A stretch of DNA of 56,498 bases, the filler included, from Stramenopiles sp. TOSAG23-3 (lineage: Eukaryota), in assembly GCA_900128585.1 (NCBI GenBank). It is 6 parts of 6 records of this genome, joined end to end, with 100 filler letters (N's around TTAATTAATTAA, not from the genome) between each part and the next. Parts side by side here need not be neighbours in the genome. Positions count along the whole stretch, not along the records: positions 16,924 to 33,744 come from LT642477.1; positions 33,845 to 50,621 come from LT642478.1; 4 more parts are not named here. The stretch is one strand, 5' to 3'. Positions 31,519-42,203 of the stretch are shown here, one piece after another. Each line of letters opens with the position of its first letter. Within the stretch, counting starts at the first letter, position 1. A model generated the notes under the pieces. It worked only from the letters and a program-made list of their open reading frames with translations. It was not told the DNA's origin and made no database searches. Made by a program: the position numbers and the translations under genes.

Positions 31519-33009
31519 CTAGAAGACCAATATCATTACTGCTGCTGCGAAAGTAGGCAATAACCAGTATTGTACCGGACGAACGGCCCCGCTTAATAGA
31601 TTGCCCTTTTTCACAGTTGTGTTGGCGTTGGTAGCAGATGTCGTTGAAGTGGAAGCTGCTGTAGTAGTTGAGGTGTTGCCTGCACTGGTGGTCGTGGTGT
31701 TGCCTCCGCTTGTCGTCGTATTAGGAGCTTCAGTCGAGGTCGTGGTGTTGCCTGCACTTGTTGTCGTCGTAATAGGAGTTTCGGTCGTCGTCGTAATAGG
31801 AGCTTCCGTCGTGGTCGTCGTAGTAGGAGCTTCTGTCGTGGTCGTCGTAGTAGTAGCTTCCGTCGTGGTCGTTGTTGGTTCTTGCGTTGTTGTGGCTGTA
31901 AGAAACGGGTTGTAGTAAAAGGTGGCGTAGCCTTCGTCACTATTCCACACTTGGGCACCTACCATAGCTGTATCTTCACTCAACGCTACTGAACCCCCAA
32001 AATTACTGCTTGTTTCTCGACCGTCAAATTCTTCTGTAGCAAACCACCCACTTGCATTACGCTGATAAAAAACTGCATAACCTGTACTAGACGACCAAGT
32101 CCATCCACCAAATAAAATAGTGTTGCCAGAAATTGCTATAGAACCTCCAAATTTACTGGATGTTCTTCCAATTATATGAGCTTTTTCCTGCCACCCACTT
32201 GCATCCCGCTCATAAATTTTAGCGTATCCTTTACTAGAACTCCACCCAATGCAACCAACAGCAACTATATCCCCATGAACTGCAACAGCAAAGCCGAAAT
32301 AGTCCAAGGATGATACTCCCGGCCCAAGAATTTCTGTTTGTTGCCAAACGCTTGAGTTGCGCTCATAAATATAGGCACGACCTTTTCCTGAAGAATATTT
32401 CCAAGCACCTATGACAGCTGTATCTCCATTAATTGCTACTGCATGGCCCAATTCTTCTGTTTCTGTTTGCAATCTGAGAGTCTCAAACCACCCACTGGCG
32501 TTACGCTCATAAAATTTTGCATAACCTTGTCTACCATTCGACGGCCAATGGTTACCACCTGCAACTACAGTATTTCCGTCAACGGCAACAGAGTTTCCAA
32601 ATCTGCTGTCTGATGTTTCCCCGTCAAACCTTGCAGCTTCGCTCCACCCAGAGGTATCACGCTCGTAGATTTTAATGTAACCTTTTTCGGTACTCCACTT
32701 ACGAGCACCAACAACAAGTATGTCGCTGTCGACTGCAACAGAAACACCAAAGTTAACACCCGAGTCCCCTGTTAATTGTGCAGTCTGTGACCAGAGCGTC
32801 AAATTACTGGAATTACGTTCATATATAGTCACTTCACCGTCTCCATAGTATCCGCCTATGGCTGCTGTATTACCATCAATCGCACACCTGCCAAAGTATT
32901 TGTTAGATGAGCCGCCATAAAATGTAGTTTTACTTGTCCATGCTGGTTCACTGCGTTCAATGCAAGAACAGACAACTAGGAAAATTGCTAGAATGGTATT
33001 TGGTTTCAT
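31519..33009 (-). CDS. Cell-surface FG-GAP beta-propeller protein with Thr-rich mucin stalk and probable GPI signal
   Basis: Signal peptide MKPNTILAIFLVVC. Seven repeats of FGxSVAVxGDxxVVGA...GYAKIYER. TTTTEAP repeats. C-terminal LSGA...hydrophobic tail. Confidence 0.9.
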   Translation of the reverse strand: MKPNTILAIFLVVCSCIERSEPAWTSKTTFYGGSSNKYFGRCAIDGNTAAIGGYYGDGEVTIYERNSSNLTLWSQTAQLTGDSGVNFGVSVAVDSDILVVGARKWSTEKGYIKIYERDTSGWSEAARFDGETSDSRFGNSVAVDGNTVVAGGNHWPSNGRQGYAKFYERNASGWFETLRLQTETEELGHAVAINGDTAVIGAWKYSSGKGRAYIYERNSSVWQQTEILGPGVSSLDYFGFAVAVHGDIVAVGCIGWSSSKGYAKIYERDASGWQEKAHIIGRTSSKFGGSIAISGNTILFGGWTWSSSTGYAVFYQRNASGWFATEEFDGRETSSNFGGSVALSEDTAMVGAQVWNSDEGYATFYYNPFLTATTTQEPTTTTTEATTTTTTTEAPTTTTTTEAPITTTTETPITTTTSAGNTTTSTEAPNTTTSGGNTTTTSAGNTSTTTAASTSTTSATNANTTVKKGNLLSGAVRPVQYWLLPTFAAAVMILVF

Positions 33010-33680
33010 TATTGTCGAATGATTCTTCGTTTGGTAAATATCCTTCCACTGGTAGCAAAACCACGTCCGTTTAAACTCTCTTTTTTTGGTTCGCAGGTGT
33101 TTTCTTGTAAACAGATAATGTTTATTATTGTCATTATTATTTAAAACACTGTAAAACAACAGATATTAAGCAACACTTAGGTACGTTTCGCGCCACCTTT
33201 TTTCTTTTCTATATCAATCAGTGCTACCTTTTTCTCTGAATAACCTTGTGTTCCAGAAAATATGTCAGGATCGATTTGCAAAGGAGAAACTGAGAAACTG
33301 GAAACTTGTCGACCCTCCGCCAACACTGTTGCGTCGCTGTTGTTTGCTTTAAAAAAAAAATAGTAATGTAAAAAAAAAATTATCAAAGGACACTATTGCT
33401 TATTATTTCACTGCTGCTGCTGCTCCCCCTAGCCCCTCTTCCATTTTTTTACTTTTATGTTGGCAATATAATTTAGGTGTTTACCGGTACCGGTAGTCGC
33501 TTATACTAAGAGAGAATCCTCCCTTTTATATTTGTATCAAAAACAGACAGAAAATAGTCGTCTTCCTCCTCACTTTTATTATAATAGTATAGTAACAGCA
33601 ATACACAAACTCCTCACAAAAAAAGGAGAAGCCCGTCCATCCCACCACAATCATACAGCATATGATGCTCTGGGGAAGAA

Positions 33681-34897
33681 ATGGAAGAACAAGAAAATCA
33701 CAGCAAGAAATCGACGATGCCCAATTTCGAGAAGATTTACACAGNNNNNNNNNNNNNNNNNNNNNNNNNNNNNNNNNNNNNNNNNNNNTTAATTAATTAA
33801 NNNNNNNNNNNNNNNNNNNNNNNNNNNNNNNNNNNNNNNNNNNNGCAAATGCCTGGAATGAGGACGCAATACGGAGAGTTTTTGAAGTAAAGGGTCGCCC
33901 CCTTTCGAGCCCTCTCATTGTACACGTCCCCTCACCAGAATCAGCACACGATTTACTCGACCTAAGCTCGGTGAGCATGCCTGTTTATAACTTCCTAGCG
34001 AGGACCTTCTGGCCTGGGCCGTTGACCCTAATAGGCCAGGCCCACGAATCGTTGCCGTTGTCCGTTTCTGCGGGAACGGGCATGGTAGGCATTCGTTGTC
34101 CGGACAGCCCCATTGCAAGGCGTTTCCTAGAGCTAGCGAATGTTCCTGTAGCGGCCCCGAGCGCCAACCGTTTTGGCCACGTGAGCCCGACGTCAGCTGA
34201 CCACGTGCTGGAGGATTTAGGGGACCATGACTTGTACATAGTAAACGGCGGCAGCCTGCCGCAACACGGTGCGCGCGACGCGGGGCGGGCAGAAGACAGG
34301 GAGTGCAGGGTAGGGATAGAGTCCACCGTGGCAAAGATAGACGGGGACAACGAAGAGATCGTTTTGCTGCGCCTAGGGGGCGTTGGAAAGGCGCAAATAG
34401 AGGATGCCTTGCGCGGTAGCCCATTTTTCAATTATTCCGTAGTAGTGCGCCAAAAAGGAGAAGACAAGGGCAGCAGCGCCGACAGTTTCGGCGACGAGTC
34501 GCCAGGGCAAACGTTGAAGCACTACGCACCTGACGTTCCCGCGTCGCTTGCGAGGTTTGAAAATAGCCATGCAGCGGACAGTTCGCACGACCCCGTGGAC
34601 TGGGAGAAAAGTGTCGTACTGGACTTTGGTGGAGCATTGAAGGCCTTGGAACCGGAGTGCCTAGCGTACATGGACTTGTCGCCCAGCGGGGACATGGACG
34701 AAGCGGCCAACAAACTCTTCGGCGCATTGCGTTGGTCGGAGAGTGTCCCTGGAGCGGGCCACGTGCTTGTTTCGGACATTTCTGACGAGGACAACGACCA
34801 CGCGCTCCGCGATGCTGTAAAAGACCGTCTCTTCCGGTCGGCGTGCGGTCGTTCCGTGGTGATCAATGCTTTCAAAAGCAAGGCCCAGTTGTCGTAA
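33681..34897 (+). CDS. SUA5: Threonylcarbamoyl-AMP synthase (Sua5/YrdC), interrupted by an assembly gap
   Basis: After the gap: ANAWNEDAIRRVFEVKGRP...PLIVHV, FWPGPLTL, VGIRCP, AAPSANRFG, GIESTV, SPGQTLKHYAP. Putative N-terminus MEEQENHSKKSTMPNFEKIYT at 33681-33744 is an inference. Confidence 0.93.
33745..33844. other. Artificial assembly gap linker
   Basis: 44 N + TTAATTAATTAA + 44 N. Confidence 0.98.
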
Positions 34898-35057
34898 GGG
34901 TAAACGACGCCTTCCGTGGGTATGCCATCTTGCTGTGCTCGGATAATGTCATATAATATATATCAGAGTATTACAGATCGAATTTATGATTTAATAGGAT
35001 AGCACATTTTGGATTTTGTACTTCGTATAAAATTTTATTCTTATAAATTTTATTGAT

Positions 35058-35125
35058 CTCTTAAGGTGTAAAAAAACAAATTATATAGTATGTTTTAAGA
35101 CTCTTAAGGTGTAATATTATTATTT
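35058..35125 (+). repeat. Dispersed 3'-flank element B
   Basis: AAAAAACAAATTATATAGTA...AAGACTCTTAAGGTGTAA, matched at 52508-52578. Confidence 0.75.
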
Positions 35126-35197
35126 ACGAGCCATCGGGTGCCTACCCTGCCGAAGAAACCCATGGACGTTCGGTGAAATGAACTATACCCCTCGACC

Positions 35198-35731
35198 CTA
35201 AACCTTCTCGGTCGCCCAGTTGTCCCTGTTTGTTTTCTGTTGGATTTCCAACTTCGCAGCAAGTGGATCGCTCCATTCTACGTTCTTCTTACTAAAGTCT
35301 ACAAGCCCGCTTTCGTTAGCCGACCGAATGCTTGTGGGTACCTGGTCAATGTTAACCTCGGCCAACGATATCCCCTCCGGAATGCCTTCGGGGTAGACGA
35401 CCGATAGAGGGATGGGTGGGTTCCTCATAAACATAGAACCTCCTGGCATCCATGGCAAAACGTATTGGTCCGGGTGCGTATGGGCCTCCAGCTCTTCTTG
35501 GGCCTCCCGGCAGATTTTAACTGCCTGCGGCGAGTCCGGCGCAAGGTGCCTGTGTTGCTCGAATCTAGCCCTAATTTTATACGCCTCTGCGTTGATAATG
35601 TCTCGTTGGATGGCCCAACTCATCATTAGTTTCAAAGAGTGACGGTACAATCGCTGGACTTTCTGCGTGTGCGTCAAGTCTTCAACGACCGGTTTCATCC
35701 ATCCTACGGCTTCTCTGAATGCTCTGTTCAT
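35198..35731 (-). CDS. NDUFB9: Complex I subunit B22 (LYR family)
   Basis: THTQKVQRLYRHSLK...IRARFE...HPDQYVLPWMPGGSMFMRNPP matches the NDUFB9 signature. Confidence 0.93.
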   Translation of the reverse strand: MNRAFREAVGWMKPVVEDLTHTQKVQRLYRHSLKLMMSWAIQRDIINAEAYKIRARFEQHRHLAPDSPQAVKICREAQEELEAHTHPDQYVLPWMPGGSMFMRNPPIPLSVVYPEGIPEGISLAEVNIDQVPTSIRSANESGLVDFSKKNVEWSDPLAAKLEIQQKTNRDNWATEKV

Positions 35732-35979
35732 GGTTTAAACTATCTCCGTTGTAAGGTAACACAACCGAGGGAAATTCCAGATTAAAAGTAACTACTGCAA
35801 TACTGTCTGCAATGAAACAACATGAATGAAAGGCAACTCTGTTATTCTGCCTTTTTTTCTTTTTCTCTTTCGAACGATCAAACAATTACTTTAATGAATA
35901 ATAATCAATCCAATAAAGTAAACAAAAAAGGTTGTTCCAACAGCACCACAGGACTAACTTTACTACTTCTAATAATAAA

Positions 35980-35981
35980 AA

Positions 35982-36025
<44 letters not shown>
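35980..36025. repeat. (AAAG)n microsatellite
   Basis: About 11 units, read directly. Confidence 0.95.
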
Positions 36026-36466
36026 ATGAATTAATTAATTAATTATAAAATACGAAGTACGTAGCTACATAACTAAATAGATTACTATTAATAATTTTAA
36101 ATATATAAACATAGTATAGGAATAAATTAAAATACTTCTTCATTGTGTCCGTCCGTCAAAATATCAAAATACAATAGGTGGGTGGATGAAAGGAAATTCA
36201 CCGAATAAAAATAAAAAGAAATAAAATCAGAAGAGAAGAAGAAAAGAAAAAAAGAAAAAAAGAAAAAAAGAAAGAAAGAAAGAAGAAAAGAAAAGAAAGA
36301 AAGAAAGAAAGAAAGAAAACGAAAAGTAGTAATAAAATTGGATAATATAACCCTAATAATAACATTATTTATATCTACTTAAAACTTTCTGTATCAATGC
36401 CGCATTTATTTAAGGTATATAATACACGTACATACGATTGTAATAATAATAATAACTAAAAAAACA

Positions 36467-37570
36467 TCAACGAACGACGATTGCAGTGGCAGGTACTTCG
36501 AGGTTCGCCTCGTCTTCCATTTCATAGATGCTAGTCATTCTGCGAACAAGGTTGCTTCTTTCAATCCTATTGTAGCAGAATACACACACACACGCAGACG
36601 GCAACATCCCTTCGCGTTGCAATCTCCGCACATCGACTCGTTTCACCGCGTGCAGTTCATTGTACTTGACGCGAAGAAAACAGTACCACACCGCCAAGTT
36701 GCCTGAGATCAGAACGTACGTAAGGAGAACGATGAGCGGGGAATTCGAGTTCTCCGTCAGGACGCACGTAAAGTTGTGTATGGCATGAATTAAAACTGGC
36801 AGGGCGATGATCTTCCACCACGGCATTTTACCCCCACAAGCGCAGGAGTCGCAACAAACTCGTTGTTGGCCACTTTCTCGATGCACGAATTTTCGTCTCG
36901 AGATGAAAACCCCCATGATCAGTTGGCACACAACGTGTAACGGGAAAGAGAACAGGGCCCTCATCAAGGGGATCGCCCCCGCATAAATGTACATCACGTT
37001 CTCTATCATAGCAAACCCTGCCCCAGAAATCAGCGCCAAGCTGAGTACGGCATCGGGATCGGCGACGTACGACCGGTAGGAAAACACTGCGACGGCAAAG
37101 TACTTGACTATTTCTTCAGGGAGGGCGGACCACGCGACCACTCCCAGCGCGGAAAGAGGGCACAGACACACCGTCTCGTTAAACGTAAGATCGGCGCAGC
37201 AAGAGCTTTCACTCTTTATCTTGTTTGATTCCATCTGCTTCGCCACTTCCCAATCATTTACGAGAAACACAAACACCCACAACCACAGCAACATTAAAAA
37301 TGCAGCAGCGAAGAAGACTATCACAACTTGCCTCCTGTCCAAGGAGTGGGACCCAATGGCTTCGCTGAACCATATCATCCATACTAAAGGCGGAAGAATT
37401 CCACCCAACAGAATACTAAACATCAAACTATGAGGACCGTCCAACACCGACGCGATGAAACCCAGTACCAAAGTGATAACTGTCGCACCAACACATCTCG
37501 CAAAAATGTACGTTGTGCAAAAATATGGTTTTGTCCGCCTCATCGCCTGCTCGGCCTTTCCCCTTTCCAT
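36467..37570 (-). CDS. PrsW-family intramembrane glutamic protease
   Basis: Multi-TM with the four family motifs: PEEIVK, GFAMIEN, PLH and IHAIHN. Start taken at MERGK. Confidence 0.88.
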   Translation of the reverse strand: MERGKAEQAMRRTKPYFCTTYIFARCVGATVITLVLGFIASVLDGPHSLMFSILLGGILPPLVWMIWFSEAIGSHSLDRRQVVIVFFAAAFLMLLWLWVFVFLVNDWEVAKQMESNKIKSESSCCADLTFNETVCLCPLSALGVVAWSALPEEIVKYFAVAVFSYRSYVADPDAVLSLALISGAGFAMIENVMYIYAGAIPLMRALFSFPLHVVCQLIMGVFISRRKFVHRESGQQRVCCDSCACGGKMPWWKIIALPVLIHAIHNFTCVLTENSNSPLIVLLTYVLISGNLAVWYCFLRVKYNELHAVKRVDVRRLQREGMLPSACVCVFCYNRIERSNLVRRMTSIYEMEDEANLEVPATAIVVR

Positions 37571-38127
37571 CGGTTTCAAAATAAACGAACGAACGAACGA
37601 ATGCGCGCGCACTCCGATCTAAACTTAAATCTAAATTGACTTCTAAACTCCTTCCTTTTTCCATTTGCTTTTTGTTTATTTCAATAGCAATACATACATA
37701 TAATATACATTCCATTCTTTTTCAAAAAAACAAACAACAAACCAAAAAAAGACCACCCCGAAGAAACCCAAACGAACCCGATTCGTACTAATAACAACGA
37801 TACCGTACTTAAAATAGTACACTTCCTACTCTATCTAGACTAAGAATTGTTCTAAGTTCTAATCCTCTTTCTTCTTTCTTCTTCTTTCTTCTTCTTCTCG
37901 GCGGAGCTTCGGGCTTCGGAGGACATCTAAAAATGAAACTTCAATGTGAATTCTCCTCATCATAATAATAAGAATGTAAAACAAATAATAAAAGAAACGA
38001 AAGAGAAAGATGAAAAATTACCATGGAATCCTTTATAAAGAGAGGAGTAAGAAAATTAAGCAAGAAGAAAGAGAGACGGACTGTTCTTAGTGTACGTACA
38101 TAAAACGAGACGGACAGGTTTGTTAGG

Positions 38128-40179
38128 ATGTCGGAACTCGCTGCGATTCTCGCGCGTCGCAGGCGAATGTCTGACGCGGTGCCTTTAGTTGTGGGAGGTA
38201 ACCCTACTGTGGTTGCTGAGGCCGAACCCCTTACTATTTGCACAGAAGAGGATAAGGATGAAGGGCAAACTGACCAGGGAGAAAATGCTCTTATAGATAG
38301 GGACGAGCCAGAGGCGTCGGAGAGTGCGATTGAGTGCCAGGCCGAAGCGAGTGCCGAACTTGCGGCGCCGGGGGGGAACGGGGGGGTAGAGAGTAGCGCA
38401 AAGCTGAAAGAAGAGATTAGCCGCCTAAAGTCGCGTTTGCAAGAGATGGAGATAAAGCTGTCGTCGGCGAAAAGCACCATTTCCGACCTAAAGCTCACGG
38501 TGCAACAACGGGACGAGATTATAGAAAGTTTCAACAGCACCGTGCAACGGGAGGTGGGCGGCGCGAGGAGTACACCGACCGCCTTCGGCAACGTTGGGGT
38601 GCTGGGACAGGGCAAGAGCGGAGAAGTTGTTGAGGGCAAAAAATATTTGTCCAGTTTGAAGGATGACGCGCTCTCTGAGGGTTTACCAACGGGAACGGCA
38701 AGCCGGGCATCCATAATTAGCAATGCGACGGACGACTCTATCCCCTCTATCCCCCGTCTCTCCTCCCACGACTTGGACAGCTTGTTTGATTCGCCAGAAG
38801 ATACGTTGGCCGGTGATTTAGACCCATTAGGGGCGACCACGGACGCGAGGGAAATTTCTGAAAAGCCTCTGCTTCGCTCAAACAGGAAACCGAGCCGCAA
38901 GATGGACTTGCCTGGGGGCGAAGACTGGGGCAAGAACCAGAAATACACGCCAGCGCCGAGTGCCAGGCCGCCAGTTGGCCAGGGGGCAAAGCGCCCGTCG
39001 CCGGGAAGAAAGACTACGATGCAGATGATGCTTGGGGAGACGTTCGACCCCGACGCTGGGGCACGCTGGGCGGAGCGGGGGGAGTCAAACGATGCGGGGG
39101 CTGCGAGCACCCCCCCTCCTCAAGAGCGCCGGAACTCTCTGTTTGCAAGTGTGGACAAGGAAGAGGCGAAGAGGAAACGGGCGGAGGAAGAGGCCGCAAA
39201 GCTGTTGGCGTCGGCGGAGCATGTTGACACCACCAGCGACGATGGCGAGTCGGCCAGGGAGGTCTACTCCAGCACATCCACGTTGTTCCACATATCCGAT
39301 TCCGAGCGCAACCGCGGTTATAGAAAATTTTTGGACAGTTTGCGGGATCCCGGCGCGGCGGGCATATTGGGCCACATAAAACGTTTTTTAATGTCCGTGC
39401 TGATGCCCCAGGCCGCCGCCGTGGAAGAAAGCGTATTCCAGAACAGCGATATGGACAACGCCCCCTTGGAGGAGCGGGCAAAGATTTGGTTCGAGTTTAT
39501 GGAAGATCAATTTGACGCGCACCCGCTGTGGCAGGACAAGGGAGAGAAGGCGCTCATAATGGCCAGGGAGGGGTTGGAAAAGTACGTCATGACGAAGCTC
39601 TTTCACGTTGCGTTCAATGAGATATGCTTGCGAGTAGCAGCAGACGACGAGCAGTTTACGCACCGTCGCAAAGTTCTCCAGCGGTTCGTTACGGCCGAGG
39701 ACTTGGAGGTGCACCCCGTATGCCGCAGCCGCATGACGGTCAGTCTCGCAAGCAACGAGCTGAACAAATTGAACTCATTCTGCGCTCCCGCGGACAAGCT
39801 GCAATGCATCGTCCGCTGCTGCAGTTTCCTGTTCAATCAGTTGTCCGTGTCCCGGGATTCCGCCGGCTCAAGGCCTGGGGCCGATGACTTTCTCCCTGTG
39901 CTGATCTACGTAGTCCTAAACTCGAATGTCCCACAAATGCACGCGAACCTTGAGTACATTCAAAATTATCGGAATTCCCAAGATTTAATGTCAAAGGCCG
40001 GCTACTGCTTGGTAAACCTTCAAAGTTCAGTGTCCTTTTTGTCCAACGTGACTGGGGATAGTTTCCCTTCGATGGGGAAAGAAACGTTCGATTCGAAGTT
40101 TACCGCGGAAGAGGAGGCCTTAAGTGAAGGGAAAGAAACGGTTTTGCCATTGGATATGGATGAAAGCATGGATGACTAA
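38128..40179 (+). CDS. VPS9-domain Rab5 guanine-nucleotide exchange factor
   Basis: EGLEKYVMTKL, APADKLQC, GADDFLPVLIYV, GYCLVNLQSSVSF. N-terminal coiled coil and disordered linker. Confidence 0.93.
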   Translation: MSELAAILARRRRMSDAVPLVVGGNPTVVAEAEPLTICTEEDKDEGQTDQGENALIDRDEPEASESAIECQAEASAELAAPGGNGGVESSAKLKEEISRLKSRLQEMEIKLSSAKSTISDLKLTVQQRDEIIESFNSTVQREVGGARSTPTAFGNVGVLGQGKSGEVVEGKKYLSSLKDDALSEGLPTGTASRASIISNATDDSIPSIPRLSSHDLDSLFDSPEDTLAGDLDPLGATTDAREISEKPLLRSNRKPSRKMDLPGGEDWGKNQKYTPAPSARPPVGQGAKRPSPGRKTTMQMMLGETFDPDAGARWAERGESNDAGAASTPPPQERRNSLFASVDKEEAKRKRAEEEAAKLLASAEHVDTTSDDGESAREVYSSTSTLFHISDSERNRGYRKFLDSLRDPGAAGILGHIKRFLMSVLMPQAAAVEESVFQNSDMDNAPLEERAKIWFEFMEDQFDAHPLWQDKGEKALIMAREGLEKYVMTKLFHVAFNEICLRVAADDEQFTHRRKVLQRFVTAEDLEVHPVCRSRMTVSLASNELNKLNSFCAPADKLQCIVRCCSFLFNQLSVSRDSAGSRPGADDFLPVLIYVVLNSNVPQMHANLEYIQNYRNSQDLMSKAGYCLVNLQSSVSFLSNVTGDSFPSMGKETFDSKFTAEEEALSEGKETVLPLDMDESMDD

Positions 40180-40903
40180 TGGTAAAGATTTTAAGTTTAA
40201 GAATTAATAAGATACTGGTGGTGGTGTTATTAATAAAAAAGAAGAGGAGGAGTAACCCTAATAACTCTTCTAATAAAGAAATATATAATAATATTTTTTC
40301 TACTTCTTTCTTCTACATTTTTGTTTTCTATATTTTATAATAATAATAATAATAAAATTCATCATTTTTTTTAAAATTATTTAATAATAACCATCATTAT
40401 TCATTGAAGTATAAATATATTGTATTCTATTCTATTCTCAATGCTCTTCCTATTAAAAAATTTAAAAATCCTCCTGAATCCACAATTCAACAGTGAAGAA
40501 GAACTGTTTTCTTTTTATTTTTTATTTGAATTTTTCTAACGACAAACCAACAACAATATTTCAGAAAATATTAACATAAGAATACCATAGACCTACGATA
40601 CAAAAAAAAATCAACAACAAAAATTCAAACAACACACAGGATCACATCAACTACTAAAAAAATACACAGGAGGAGAACGACCGACGATGATTTTTTTTAA
40701 TTAATTTATTTTACGAAGAAGTATATTTAGTAGTATGATGTATACAATTTTCAATTTGATTCAAGTCAAAGCAAACGTAAAAAAGAAAGAATTTGTGATC
40801 ATGAGGAAGCATTTGGTATTTGGTAACAGTGCATTATTTTATTAATTTACTACAAAAATTGCATTGATTGATTGATTGCTTGACCGATTGAAAGAAATTC
40901 GAG

Positions 40904-41434
40904 ATGCCACCGATTGTACGCAAGTCCAAAGATAGGTTCAAATGCCCACAGTGCTCTGCCATTTTGGCATGGAAGGACAGTTTGACTCGTCACATAAAAC
41001 TGGCGCACGGTACCCGGAAAATCAAAAAGTTCAAGTGCATGTCGCCAGGCTGCAAGGCTAGGTACTACTCTCAGGATAGTCTAAGGCGTCATATAAAAGC
41101 AAAACATCCAAGAGGAAACATATTGGAAATATACAAGCAGAACTTGGCGAAGAAGCGGAAGCCAGTGAAAAAAGGTTTTACCATGGTCAAAGGAAAGGAC
41201 GGCACGATGCACAAGCGCAACCGTCGAACAGAGTGGAACCCTAAAGAGACTGCACTCTTCAAAAATGCACAGGAAAAGTTCGGCAAAGACTGGAAAAAGA
41301 TTGCCGCCTTCGTCAAAACCAAGACTGACGGCCAAGTGCGTACACATTTCTACACGCTACAACGGAAAACGGCCCCTCGCCCTGCGGTGAAGCATGACGT
41401 TGTGTACCACCAGCTGCATTCAGAGACTATTTAA
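40904..41434 (+). CDS. Transcription factor with two C2H2 zinc fingers and a Myb/SANT domain
   Basis: CPQC...LTRHIKLAH; CMSPGC...LRRHIKAKH; WNPKETALF...GKDWKKIAAFVKTKTDGQVRTH. Confidence 0.88.
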   Translation: MPPIVRKSKDRFKCPQCSAILAWKDSLTRHIKLAHGTRKIKKFKCMSPGCKARYYSQDSLRRHIKAKHPRGNILEIYKQNLAKKRKPVKKGFTMVKGKDGTMHKRNRRTEWNPKETALFKNAQEKFGKDWKKIAAFVKTKTDGQVRTHFYTLQRKTAPRPAVKHDVVYHQLHSETI

Positions 41435-41986
41435 AACACCGAAGTTGTAGGAGGAAAAAAGAATCAAAACGTCAGGACAAGTGAGGAAGAAACTCAAGAA
41501 CAAGTGGTTGAGAAGTGGGGAAGGAAGAAAAAGAGTGATACGAATGGTTACGACCTTATATCATTCTCGCTTTCTTTCTTTCTTTTCGACCTTGTTCCAT
41601 TCCGTTCTAGATTCTAGACTTCAGCAGTAGAGGTAAGGTAGGTTGTCCTACTCTTTTAAATTAAATTGTACTTTTATTTAAATTATATTTAACAAATAAA
41701 TAAGCTCTAATTATAATCTATATATTTTATTAGTCGTTCTACAGACGACGACGACGATGTGTTGTTAGTTGTTAGTTGGATTAGTCTACGAGGATATAAT
41801 CCCCATTATATTGTTGATTGATGAAGAAGAAGTTATTATTATTTACCGTACGGTAATACGAAGGATAGACCTCGGTACTACTACCTGTACCGTACGGGGC
41901 AGTTGTATTAATTATTGGAATTATTTGTTTATTTTATTATTATTAATAATAATTAATTGGCGGTGGTGTCTTGTTTTTATGTGGGG

Positions 41987-42003
41987 TACGAGGAGTCCTC
42001 GTA
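41987..42003. promoter_or_regulatory. Inverted-repeat motif TACGAGG-N3-CCTCGTA
   Basis: Same arms at 49072-49090 and 51233-51252. A regulatory role is inferred from the upstream position only. Confidence 0.45.
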
Positions 42004-42203
42004 GTGGTCGAATATGTTAAGCAACAGAAAAGAAGAGTGAGAGACAGAAAACATTAAAGAATACATTTGATTGTATGGAAAGAAAAGTCAGCCATCTAAA
42101 AAACGTTAAACGGTTTTGAATTTATAACGACGGCATAGCGAAGGTTCAACAGCACCGCAAACTTTTGCAAATTGAACACTTCCTCAGTCCACCCGCACTC
42201 GCA

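Noticed and set aside
37941-39110. Long antisense ORFs (389 aa here; also 10962-11702, 49573-50427 and others)
   Set aside because: They shadow well-supported genes on the other strand and have no motifs of their own.
13558-40262. Isolated AACCCTAA telo-box-like words (~13558, 13977, 36349, 40254)
   Set aside because: Single short words in AT-rich DNA with no consistent position; too weak without statistics.
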